Assembly (NCBI GenBank): GCA_026705465.1
Contig: JAPPAP010000032.1
Span: 2,693 to 66,692, forward strand
Direction: 5' to 3'
DNA length: 64,000 nucleotides
From: a bacterium
GTDB lineage: Bacteria; Actinomycetota; Acidimicrobiia; Acidimicrobiales; Bin134
Positions 16,688-24,794 of the stretch are shown here, in pieces. The translations under genes were made by a program, and so were the position numbers. The first letter of the stretch is position 1. Every line of letters starts with the position of its first letter. A model generated the notes under the pieces. The model searched no databases. It worked only from the letters and a program-made list of their open reading frames with translations, and had not been told where the DNA came from.

Positions 16688-18985
16688 TCAGCGGCAGACG
16701 CCGGCTTCGGCGAGGGCCTGTACTTCGTCGGGGGGGATGCCGAGAACCTCACCGAGCACTTCGACGGTATCGACACCGAGCAGCGGGGAGGGACCGGCGG
16801 TGCGCTTGGCCAGGCGGCTGAAGCGGATGGGGTTGGCCACGTGGGTTTCCTTGCCCACCACCGGGTGCTCCAGCACGTCGAGGGCACCCCGGACGGCCAG
16901 GTGCTCGTCGCCTAGGTGGTCGTAGGGGCCCATCACCGCCATGGCTGACACGCCGGCAGCCTGCAATCGCTCGGCTCGGTCCTCGGCTAGCCCTTCTGCG
17001 ATCCACGCCGCCACTGCGGCATCGACCGCTTCAACGTCGGCCAGCCGGTCGGCGTTGGCGGGCCAGCGATTCTCCACACCGATCACCTCGCAACACCGCT
17101 GCCATGACTCATCGTCGTGGCAGGCCACCGCCACCCAGTCATCGTCACCGCCAGCCTGGTAAACGTCATGGGGAGCAACGGTCTCGGAGCGGTTGCCGCG
17201 GGGCTCGGGATCGGCCCCGGCAAACGCCGCACCCATGTACACCTCGCCGATGAGGTAGGCGGCCGCCTCGGTTTGGGCCATGTCAATGAGCTGGCCCTGG
17301 CCGGTGCGCTGCTTGTGATCGAGGGCGGCCAGCACTGCTACCGCCAGCAGCTTGCCGGCAATATGGTCCGGGTGGTTCAGCGTGGTACCGCAGGGAAACG
17401 GCACGTCGGCGTGGTTCCACATCCAGTGGGCCCCAGCAAAGCTGGCGTTGAGCGGCCCATAAGCCGGCATCTTGCCCATAGGTCCGCCCCGGCCGTAGCC
17501 CTGCGAGCACACGTACACCAGATCGGGCCGCCGGATCGACATGTCGTCCCACCCCAGGCCCAGTTTGTCCAGCGAGCCGCCCCGCAGGTTCTCGGCTACC
17601 ACATCAGCAGCCATGAACAGCTCGAGGGCCAGTTCGCGGCCCTTTTCAGTGGTCAGGTCGAGGGCCACTGAGCGACGTCCCCTGCTCTCGGCGTTGAACG
17701 GGAAGGCCTTGTTGAGGTCGCCCCGACCGGCAAAGCGCAGCGAGTCGGGGTGGGCCGCCGATTCGATCTTGATGACATCGGCCCCCAACTCCGACAGCAT
17801 CCAGGTGCCCTCGGGCACCACCGCAGCCATGCCGAACTCCACTACCCGAACGCCCTTCAAAAGGAGGACGTCGTCTCCCGAACCGTTGGCCGACCCCGAC
17901 CAAGGGTTGTCGGAGGCGCGGGGACTGAACGAGGCCTTCTCATCTGATACCGAGGGAGCTCGCTTGCGCACTCCGGCGGGGGTACCCGACAACTTCCAAG
18001 GGGCATCGGGCATCGGCAGGCTTTCGGAGCCTTCCACGTCGTAGCGAAAGAACCCTCGTCCCACCACTTGGGGGTGGGCGGCAAACTCGCTGGGCGACTG
18101 AATGACGCCGATGGTGGTGCCTGCGGCCAGGCCGTGCTCGAACAGATCGGTTCGGTCCCGCTGCGACGTAATGGCATCGGCCACCACGTGAATCACATCC
18201 CGGTTGCGCCCCCGGAACACACCGTCGGCCCATTCCGGACCGGTCAGGGCGTCGGGGTTGCCCAGCACCTCTACAAAGCCGGTCCACTGGTAGGGCGTGC
18301 CAATCACCGTGCGCACCCAGCCGTCCCGGGCCGGAAAAATCCAGTAGTTGCCATCGGCGTTGCGACGACCCTCGTGGGGCAGCTCGGGAAAGTGCTCCAC
18401 GTAGTCGGGGATGAGGACCGACCAAGGATTGAGCCCGGACAGTGCGGCTTCCTGCACGCTGATTTCCACGACCTGGCCTTGGCCATGGCGACGCCGATCC
18501 ATCACCGCGGCCAGCCCGCCGATGGCGCCGAACACCGAGGCGCAGTCGTGGGCCAGATAGCCGGGATGCCAACACGGTGACTTCTCCCGAAAGCCCGACA
18601 GGAAGTGCCCACCGGACGAGGCGAATGCGGGCAGCGGCTCCAGCTTCCAGCCTGAGCGAGGGCCGGTGAGGCCCATGTCAGTCAGTGCCACCACCACGAG
18701 GGCAGGATGGCGCTCGGTCAGCTCGTCGAGGTCCATTCCGGTGTTGTCGATGAGCAAGTCGGTGGCTGCCATCAGCGAGTCCATTTCGGCGAGGTCGCCC
18801 GGCACTTTGTTGGCGTTGCGATGGGCATGCGCCAAACCGTCGGGATCGGGCACCGGAGGCACTCGGATCACCTCGGCCCCCAGATCACCCAACACTCGAG
18901 CACACAGCGCACCGCGCATGTCGGTGTGGTCCACCACCCGCAGCCCGGCGAGTGCGCCGGGACCCATGGGCTCCGTAGAACTCAT
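16688..18985 (-). CDS. Tandem-domain family III CoA-transferase (two CaiB/BaiF-like modules in one chain)
   Basis: The ATG at 18985 overlaps the upstream stop (ATGA). There are two N-terminal-type signatures: LAGLRVVDHTDMRGALCARVLGDLGAEVIRV and, about 370 aa later, LKGVRVVEFGMAAVVPEGTWMLSELGADVIKIE. Confidence 0.85.
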   Translation of the reverse strand: MSSTEPMGPGALAGLRVVDHTDMRGALCARVLGDLGAEVIRVPPVPDPDGLAHAHRNANKVPGDLAEMDSLMAATDLLIDNTGMDLDELTERHPALVVVALTDMGLTGPRSGWKLEPLPAFASSGGHFLSGFREKSPCWHPGYLAHDCASVFGAIGGLAAVMDRRRHGQGQVVEISVQEAALSGLNPWSVLIPDYVEHFPELPHEGRRNADGNYWIFPARDGWVRTVIGTPYQWTGFVEVLGNPDALTGPEWADGVFRGRNRDVIHVVADAITSQRDRTDLFEHGLAAGTTIGVIQSPSEFAAHPQVVGRGFFRYDVEGSESLPMPDAPWKLSGTPAGVRKRAPSVSDEKASFSPRASDNPWSGSANGSGDDVLLLKGVRVVEFGMAAVVPEGTWMLSELGADVIKIESAAHPDSLRFAGRGDLNKAFPFNAESRGRRSVALDLTTEKGRELALELFMAADVVAENLRGGSLDKLGLGWDDMSIRRPDLVYVCSQGYGRGGPMGKMPAYGPLNASFAGAHWMWNHADVPFPCGTTLNHPDHIAGKLLAVAVLAALDHKQRTGQGQLIDMAQTEAAAYLIGEVYMGAAFAGADPEPRGNRSETVAPHDVYQAGGDDDWVAVACHDDESWQRCCEVIGVENRWPANADRLADVEAVDAAVAAWIAEGLAEDRAERLQAAGVSAMAVMGPYDHLGDEHLAVRGALDVLEHPVVGKETHVANPIRFSRLAKRTAGPSPLLGVDTVEVLGEVLGIPPDEVQALAEAGVCR

Positions 18986-19791
18986 CGGATGCGGGGCTCG
19001 ATCCGAGTTTGTTCTTTGATGCCCCGTGCCTTCTCGGTGATCTCCTCCTCGGCCCCGGCCAGGCTCAAGAAGGCCACCCCGCTGTTCATGGCGTTGGCCA
19101 GCGTGGTGTACTGCGCGGTCCACAGTCCCTTCATGGTGGCCTCAACCGCCAGACGCTCCGGGGCCGAAGCGATGGCCTCGGCGCACCAGCGAGCCGTGTC
19201 CATCAGGTCGTCTAGCGGCACAACCTCTTGCACCAGCCCGATCTGGAAGGCCCGCTGCGCCGACATTCGCTCGTGACGGCCCAACAGCGACATCCGCATG
19301 ACCTCGCCCAGCGGCATCCGCTGGAGCATGAACATCGGCTCGTTCACCGCGGGCATGCCGTGGCTGACATGGGGGTCGAAGAAGGTGGCGTTGTCTGAGG
19401 CGATGATGAATTCCACCTCGCCCAGCAGGTAGAACGCGCCTCCGGCGGCCATGCCGTTCACCGCGGCGATGACCGGTCGCCAGTAGTCGTTGGACTTGGG
19501 CCCGACAGTGGAGATCGGGTCGTCGACCATGAACGGCGAGGCAGGCTGCTTCCACGATCCGGTGATGTCCACCCCGGTGCTGAACGCCCGCTCGCCGGAG
19601 GCGGTGAGGATAACGCACCGCACGTCGTCGTTGTAGCGGAGGTGGGCCCACACCGCCCGGAGCTCATCACAAGAGGTGTTGTCCATGGCGTTGAGCCGCT
19701 CGGGCCGGTTCAAAGTGACCACCGCCACCCCGTCGGACTCCTCGTACAGCAAGTTCTCATAGCTGGGCACGGCCCGAAGCGTAGCCCGCAC
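18982..19791 (-). CDS. Enoyl-CoA hydratase/isomerase family protein
   Basis: VTLNRPERLNAM and AAVNGMAAGGAF are crotonase motifs. The gene is first in a minus-strand run with the CoA-transferase and the epimerase. Confidence 0.8.
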   Translation of the reverse strand: MRATLRAVPSYENLLYEESDGVAVVTLNRPERLNAMDNTSCDELRAVWAHLRYNDDVRCVILTASGERAFSTGVDITGSWKQPASPFMVDDPISTVGPKSNDYWRPVIAAVNGMAAGGAFYLLGEVEFIIASDNATFFDPHVSHGMPAVNEPMFMLQRMPLGEVMRMSLLGRHERMSAQRAFQIGLVQEVVPLDDLMDTARWCAEAIASAPERLAVEATMKGLWTAQYTTLANAMNSGVAFLSLAGAEEEITEKARGIKEQTRIEPRIR

Positions 19792-19842
19792 ATACGCCAG
19801 GGCTTATGGGTGTGCCAGTTCCAATCACTAACCTCACCGCCC

Positions 19843-20715
19843 ATGGACATCGGAAGAATCGGATTGTGGCAAGGCGTCTTGGATCAGCGGCCCTCGAGCC
19901 AAGTACGGGAAGTCGTCGCCGAACTGGAGGAGATGGGCTGGCCCACACTGTGGATCCCCGAGGCCGTGGGCCGGGACCCGTTCGTGTCGGCATCGGTCAT
20001 GCTGGGAGCCACCAGCACGCTGAAGATCGCCACCGGCATCGTGCAGATCCACGCCCGGCATCCCATGACAACCGCCGCGGCCCAGAAGACGGTGGCCGAA
20101 GCGTTCGACAATCGGTTCCTGCTCGGCATCGGCGTGAGCCACGGCCCGATGATCGAGGGCATTCGCAACCTGGACTACTCCAAGCCGTACTCCTACATGG
20201 TGGAGTACCTCAACGCCATGGAAGGGGCCATGTACATGGCCGCCGGTCCCGAAGAAGACCCCCCGATCGTGCTGGCCGCACTGGGCCCCAAGATGCTGGC
20301 CCTGGCCGCGGAGCGCACCGCTGGCGCCCACCCCTACTTCGTGCCTCCCGAGCACACCGCCGTTGCTCGAGAGATCATGGGGCCCGACGCCCTATTGGCC
20401 CCCGAGCAGAAGGTGTGCTTGGAGACCGATCCCGAGGCAGCCCGAGCGCTGGCCCGGGAGAACATGGCCTTCTACATGGATCTGCCCAACTACGTGAACA
20501 ACCTTCACCGCCTGGGGTTCACAGAGGCCGACACATCAGATTTGTCCGACCGCCTCGTGGACGCCGTTGTCGCTTGGGGCGACCTGGACACCATCCGAGC
20601 TCGCATCCAGGCTCACCACGACGCTGGCGCCGACCACGTGGCGGTACAGGCGCTCAGCCCCCGCGGCGAACTGCCCCTGGCCCAATGGCGAACCCTGGCC
20701 GATGCCCTTCTATAG
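19843..20715 (+). CDS. LLM-class (luciferase-like) F420/flavin-dependent oxidoreductase
   Basis: The ATG at 19843 gives MDIGRIGLWQG..MGWPTLWIPEAVGRDPF..LLGIGVSHGPM, typical of small LLM oxidoreductases. Confidence 0.8.
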   Translation: MDIGRIGLWQGVLDQRPSSQVREVVAELEEMGWPTLWIPEAVGRDPFVSASVMLGATSTLKIATGIVQIHARHPMTTAAAQKTVAEAFDNRFLLGIGVSHGPMIEGIRNLDYSKPYSYMVEYLNAMEGAMYMAAGPEEDPPIVLAALGPKMLALAAERTAGAHPYFVPPEHTAVAREIMGPDALLAPEQKVCLETDPEAARALARENMAFYMDLPNYVNNLHRLGFTEADTSDLSDRLVDAVVAWGDLDTIRARIQAHHDAGADHVAVQALSPRGELPLAQWRTLADALL

Positions 20716-20775
20716 TTCGTCGGCGAGGCTCTTTCTGTAGGACGAGGAGCTCGAAACCACGAGGGGTTCGACATC

Positions 20776-21711
20776 ATGAGCAAACTTTGCGAAGGACGAG
20801 TCGCGGTCATCACTGGCGCAGGACGGGGTATCGGACGGGAGTACGCCCTGATGCTGGCCGAGCACGGAGCCAAGGTGGTGGTGAACGACCTGGGCGCCGA
20901 CCCCGACGGCCGGGGTGGCGATGCCGGGCCGGCCGGCGAGGTGGTCGAGGAGATTCGGGCCATGGGCGGCGAGGCAGTGGTGAACGGCGCCGACGTCAGC
21001 GATTTCGACGCAGCCCGAGACATGATCCACCAGGCCATCGACACGTTCGGAACCCTGGACATCCTCATCAACAACGCCGGCATCCTGCGGGACCGCATGG
21101 TGTTCTCCATGAGCGAGTCGGACTGGGATGCGGTGGTGCAAGTCCACCTCAAGGGCACTTTCGCCCCGGTTCACCACGCTGCCGCCTGGTGGCGTGAGCA
21201 GACCAAAGCCGGGCGCAGTTTCCAAGCCCGGATCATCAATACCGCATCGCCGTCAGGCATCTTCGGCAACGTGGGCCAGACCAACTACGGCGCGGCCAAA
21301 GCCGGCATCGCCGCCTTCACGGTGATCTCGGCCATGGAACTGGTCCGCTACGGGATCACGGTGAACTGCATCGCCCCCAGCGCTTTGACTCGGTTGACTG
21401 CTCCGCTCATGGGCGGTGCCGACATTTCCGAAGAGATCCAGGAGACGATGTCGCCTACCTGGATCGCTCCCATCGTCACCTGGCTGTGCAGCCCTGAGGC
21501 GGACAACGTGACCGGCCGGGTGTGGGTAGTGGGCAACGGCCGACTGGGCATCGCTGAGGGCTGGGCCCTAGGCCCCAATGTGCCCCTCGAGTCTCAAGAC
21601 CCAACCACCCTCCACCCGGTGGTGGCCGATCTGATGGCCAAGGCTGAATTGAATGCCGACATGAGCGGCGAACCCGCTGGCGGCCCAGGAAGACCTAGCC
21701 ACGAAATCTAA
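20776..21711 (+). CDS. SDR family oxidoreductase (hydroxyacyl-CoA/17-beta-HSD-like)
   Basis: Shows VAVITGAGRGIGREYA, NNAGILRD and YGAAKAG. Confidence 0.85.
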   Translation: MSKLCEGRVAVITGAGRGIGREYALMLAEHGAKVVVNDLGADPDGRGGDAGPAGEVVEEIRAMGGEAVVNGADVSDFDAARDMIHQAIDTFGTLDILINNAGILRDRMVFSMSESDWDAVVQVHLKGTFAPVHHAAAWWREQTKAGRSFQARIINTASPSGIFGNVGQTNYGAAKAGIAAFTVISAMELVRYGITVNCIAPSALTRLTAPLMGGADISEEIQETMSPTWIAPIVTWLCSPEADNVTGRVWVVGNGRLGIAEGWALGPNVPLESQDPTTLHPVVADLMAKAELNADMSGEPAGGPGRPSHEI

Positions 21712-22763
21712 AGAGCTTCTACTCGGCAGTGGACCTCAGGCTCGACTTCTGCCCCCACCCAGCGGAGGGCGAGGCCTCCCCGGGCGTGACCCGCGGTATC
21801 CAGCCAGTTGGGATGGCCGGGATCGCGCCGGGCCACCACCACCCGCACCGTGCCGTCGTCTTCAACCACTGCTGTGTGATGGTTCAGGTTGGTCGGGTAG
21901 TACTCAAAGTCCAATGACTCCAGCCAGTGATTGCCGAGTTGGATGTTCCAGTACTCGCATTCAGGGGGCTCGAATTCGATGATCCAAGCCACATCGGGGC
22001 CCAGGTCGTAGTAGCCGTAGTTGTACGACGTGTCGGGGTCGCCCTGGGCAAAGGCCAGAAGCTCGGGATCGATGGGCCGGATCTCGTGGGGGTGGGCGGC
22101 GAAGCTGGCTGTCCAGCCGAGAAACTGACCCACCACCGCAGCCACCGTGAATCCGGCTCGGCCCAGCGCATCGGACAATCGCCCGGGATCCACCGGCTGG
22201 GGCGGACCACCGGCATCGGTGCGCTCCAAGACAAACTCGGCCGGAACCTGATTGGGCCGGTCTAACAGGGTCTGGCGGATGGTGAGGGCGTTGGTGCCAT
22301 CTTTCATGGCCAGCCACGGGCCGGATTGGGGGTCGGTGCTGATGGCCACCTCGAAGCAGCCATCGCCATCTAAGGCCAGGTCCTCGGTTACCAGATAGCT
22401 GTCCCGGATTAGCCCCTCGGGAGTGCCCAGGCCACCACTGAACGCCCCCATGCGGATGGAGTGGGCGTCATTCAGACGACCCCTCAGCCGGTATTCGAAT
22501 CGGGGCGACAACCGAGCTCCCCCGTAGGCGTAGTCGGGATTGTCGAGGCCGATCTTCACGCCCGACTGGTTGAGGACGGCCCGGGCCGGATCGGCTTCCT
22601 CCAGGTTGGCCCGCAGGAAGTTGCTGGCCAGTCGCGTGACGTAGCGCAAACCCTCAGCCCGGTCGAAGTCATCGTCGGGTGATGCGTCCAGCACCTGGCG
22701 GCCTGCGTCCCGCAGAAGGTCGCAGAACTCCTCCCAACTCTTGGATAAGTCGATTTCGCTCAT
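21708..22763 (-). CDS. DUF1214-like conserved protein
   Basis: The ATG at 22763 overlaps the upstream stop. AEGLRYVTRL..GLDNPDYAY resembles actinobacterial DUF1214 proteins. This assignment is from memory only. Confidence 0.55.
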   Translation of the reverse strand: MSEIDLSKSWEEFCDLLRDAGRQVLDASPDDDFDRAEGLRYVTRLASNFLRANLEEADPARAVLNQSGVKIGLDNPDYAYGGARLSPRFEYRLRGRLNDAHSIRMGAFSGGLGTPEGLIRDSYLVTEDLALDGDGCFEVAISTDPQSGPWLAMKDGTNALTIRQTLLDRPNQVPAEFVLERTDAGGPPQPVDPGRLSDALGRAGFTVAAVVGQFLGWTASFAAHPHEIRPIDPELLAFAQGDPDTSYNYGYYDLGPDVAWIIEFEPPECEYWNIQLGNHWLESLDFEYYPTNLNHHTAVVEDDGTVRVVVARRDPGHPNWLDTAGHARGGLALRWVGAEVEPEVHCRVEAL

Positions 22764-23902
22764 TCCACTGCCACCCCGCAGGTCTCGATGTAGTCGGCGT
22801 AGCGCTCGTGGATCACCTCGGCCCGCAGCCCGTACTGCTCGGGGCTGTAGTCGTGGACACCGTGCTCGCCTTTTGGATGATCGGCGGCCCACTGGGCCAC
22901 GGCTTGCTCAGCGGTAGTGTCGAACTGGTAGCCGAATCGGTCGCAGATGGCCGCCACGCTGCCCAGTGGATCGCGCTGGAATTCGGCGAAATGCAGATCG
23001 TAGAACCGGTCCTCGCGGCCAGCTCTTGCGGCCAACAGGCGCTCAATACCCCGAGCCCACAGCTCAGTCTGCTCGGCCCCGTGGACAACGTTGTCGGGAT
23101 GCTCTTCGAACCCCTGGCGGCTGACCGCGGTGAGGCTGCACACCGAGGCCACCGCCTTCAGCGGATCACGATGGGTCATCACCACGTTGGCATCGGGGTA
23201 GGTAGCGAACAGCGCCTCGGGGGCGAACAGGTGGCTGGGATCCTTCAGCAGCCAGCAGGTGTCGGGCTCGTCCACGCCGATCAGCCCGATGCTGCGGCGG
23301 TGCTGGGCGTAGGCCGGGCCCATGTCGCAGTTGGCCCACCAGGAGGAATAGGTGGGTATGCGGAACAGGCACTCGAACGTCACGCTGGCAAAAGAGTGGC
23401 GGAACAAGTTCCAGCACTCGTCAACCAGTTCGGCCGATTGGAAGTGGATGGTGGACTGATCCGGGTTCATTTCGGCCATGGCGTCCATCTTGGCCTTGCA
23501 GCTGACGTAGTCGTCTATCTGCTCCCAATGGTCGCGGGGCGGCCGGGGCCGGGGCATCTCGGCCAGCCACAACTCCAGTCCCTGGAAGTGGGGGCTGGCC
23601 GCCATCAGCTGGTGCAAAGCGGTGGTGCCGGTACGGGGCAGGCCGATGATGACCAAGGGCCGTTCCACGTTGACGGTGGCCGCCTCGGGCCGGGCCTTCA
23701 GACCAGCTTCGGCTTTGAGCCGTCCCATCAGGGCACCGATGGCGATCTCGCCAATGGCGAAGCGGCCGATGTCGGTCATTCCCGCCTCGGCCTCCAGCGA
23801 GTCCTCCAACACGGTGAGGCCTTCGAGATAGTTGTCGCTACCGAAGTCGTCGAGTCCGGTCCGCTCAATGGCCGCCGCGTGATACTGCTCGATTTGGCTC
23901 AT
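22760..23902 (-). CDS. Sulfotransferase family protein
   Basis: 380-aa ORF. It has a PAPS 5'-phosphosulfate-binding loop, IIGLPRTGTTALH, and a later RDP motif. Confidence 0.75.
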   Translation of the reverse strand: MSQIEQYHAAAIERTGLDDFGSDNYLEGLTVLEDSLEAEAGMTDIGRFAIGEIAIGALMGRLKAEAGLKARPEAATVNVERPLVIIGLPRTGTTALHQLMAASPHFQGLELWLAEMPRPRPPRDHWEQIDDYVSCKAKMDAMAEMNPDQSTIHFQSAELVDECWNLFRHSFASVTFECLFRIPTYSSWWANCDMGPAYAQHRRSIGLIGVDEPDTCWLLKDPSHLFAPEALFATYPDANVVMTHRDPLKAVASVCSLTAVSRQGFEEHPDNVVHGAEQTELWARGIERLLAARAGREDRFYDLHFAEFQRDPLGSVAAICDRFGYQFDTTAEQAVAQWAADHPKGEHGVHDYSPEQYGLRAEVIHERYADYIETCGVAVE

Positions 23903-24771
23903 TGGGCTGCCGCCTGGAGCTGCGCGCCGAAAGCGGCCATCGTCTCAGCGGTGTCGGCGAAGAAAAGGAACGAGGGAACGATCAGGCGGTCACCACCCAA
24001 GTCGGCCACTTCCTGTATGAGCCCGGCAGGGTCGTCCATCGGGGTGTTGGGTAAGCCCACGGTGATCTCGATGCCCTCGGGATCCCGGCCCGCTGAGGCG
24101 GCTGTTTGGCGCATCTCGTCGATGAGCTCGGCCATGGACACCCCTTCTCGGGGTCCTGGCCAGAAGCCGTCGCCCAGCCGCCCCGCTCGGCGGGCCGCGG
24201 CCCGCGAGTGGCCGCCGACCACGATGGGCACCCGGCCATTGGCCGGCTTGGGGTTCACGCTGACCCCGGAGAACGAGGCGTGGTCGCTGTCATACGAGGC
24301 GTGGTCGCTGTCCCACAGCGCCCGCATGGCTCCGATGTAGTCGTCGGTGCGCTGGCCCCGGCGCTCCCAGGGAATGCCCAGCGCCTCGAACTCCTCCTTC
24401 AGCCAGCCGACACCCACGCCCAGAATGACCCGACCGCCCGACATCGAATCCAGCGTGCCCAGCGCCTTGGCCAGGACCACCGGATTGCGCTGGGGCAGGA
24501 TCAAGATCCCCGTCCCCAGCCCCAGGTTGGTGGTGGCCGCCGCTACCCAGGTCAGCCAGATGAGCGGGTCGGGCAGCGGGGAATCGGGCGCCATCGCCAT
24601 TTTGCCCGACGGGTCGTAGGGGTACTGCGAGGCGTACTCGTCGGGATAGACCACGTGCTCCACTGTCCAGATCGAGTCGAACCCGGCAGCCTCGGCGGCC
24701 TGGCCGAATTCCACTGCTCCTTCCGCGGTGGTCCAGTGGAGAATGTTTGAGAAACCGATGCCGAACTTCAT
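23899..24771 (-). CDS. LLM-class F420/flavin-dependent oxidoreductase
   Basis: MKFGIGFSN..FDSIWTVEHV..GGRVILGVGVGW is typical of LLM oxidoreductases. The stop overlaps the sulfotransferase start. Confidence 0.8.
   Translation of the reverse strand: MKFGIGFSNILHWTTAEGAVEFGQAAEAAGFDSIWTVEHVVYPDEYASQYPYDPSGKMAMAPDSPLPDPLIWLTWVAAATTNLGLGTGILILPQRNPVVLAKALGTLDSMSGGRVILGVGVGWLKEEFEALGIPWERRGQRTDDYIGAMRALWDSDHASYDSDHASFSGVSVNPKPANGRVPIVVGGHSRAAARRAGRLGDGFWPGPREGVSMAELIDEMRQTAASAGRDPEGIEITVGLPNTPMDDPAGLIQEVADLGGDRLIVPSFLFFADTAETMAAFGAQLQAAAQ
24273..24314 (-). repeat. 21-bp in-frame tandem duplication inside the LLM gene
   Basis: acgaggcgtggtcgctgtc occurs at 24273 and again at 24294 (period 21). 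It encodes DSDHASY-DSDHASF. Confidence 0.9.
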
Positions 24772-24794
24772 GGCCCGCCAGCGTAGGGGAAGCG

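Noticed and set aside
19806-21197. 463-aa plus-strand Arg/Pro/Gly-rich ORF spanning two genes.
   Set aside because: It is an out-of-frame overlay on the LLM (19843..20715) and SDR (20776..21711) genes. Its extreme R/P/G composition is typical of an alternative frame in GC-rich coding DNA.
22679-24340. 553-aa plus-strand ORF.
   Set aside because: It is antisense to the sulfotransferase and LLM genes, which carry clear family motifs and coupled ATGA junctions. Its composition is low-complexity and shadow-like.
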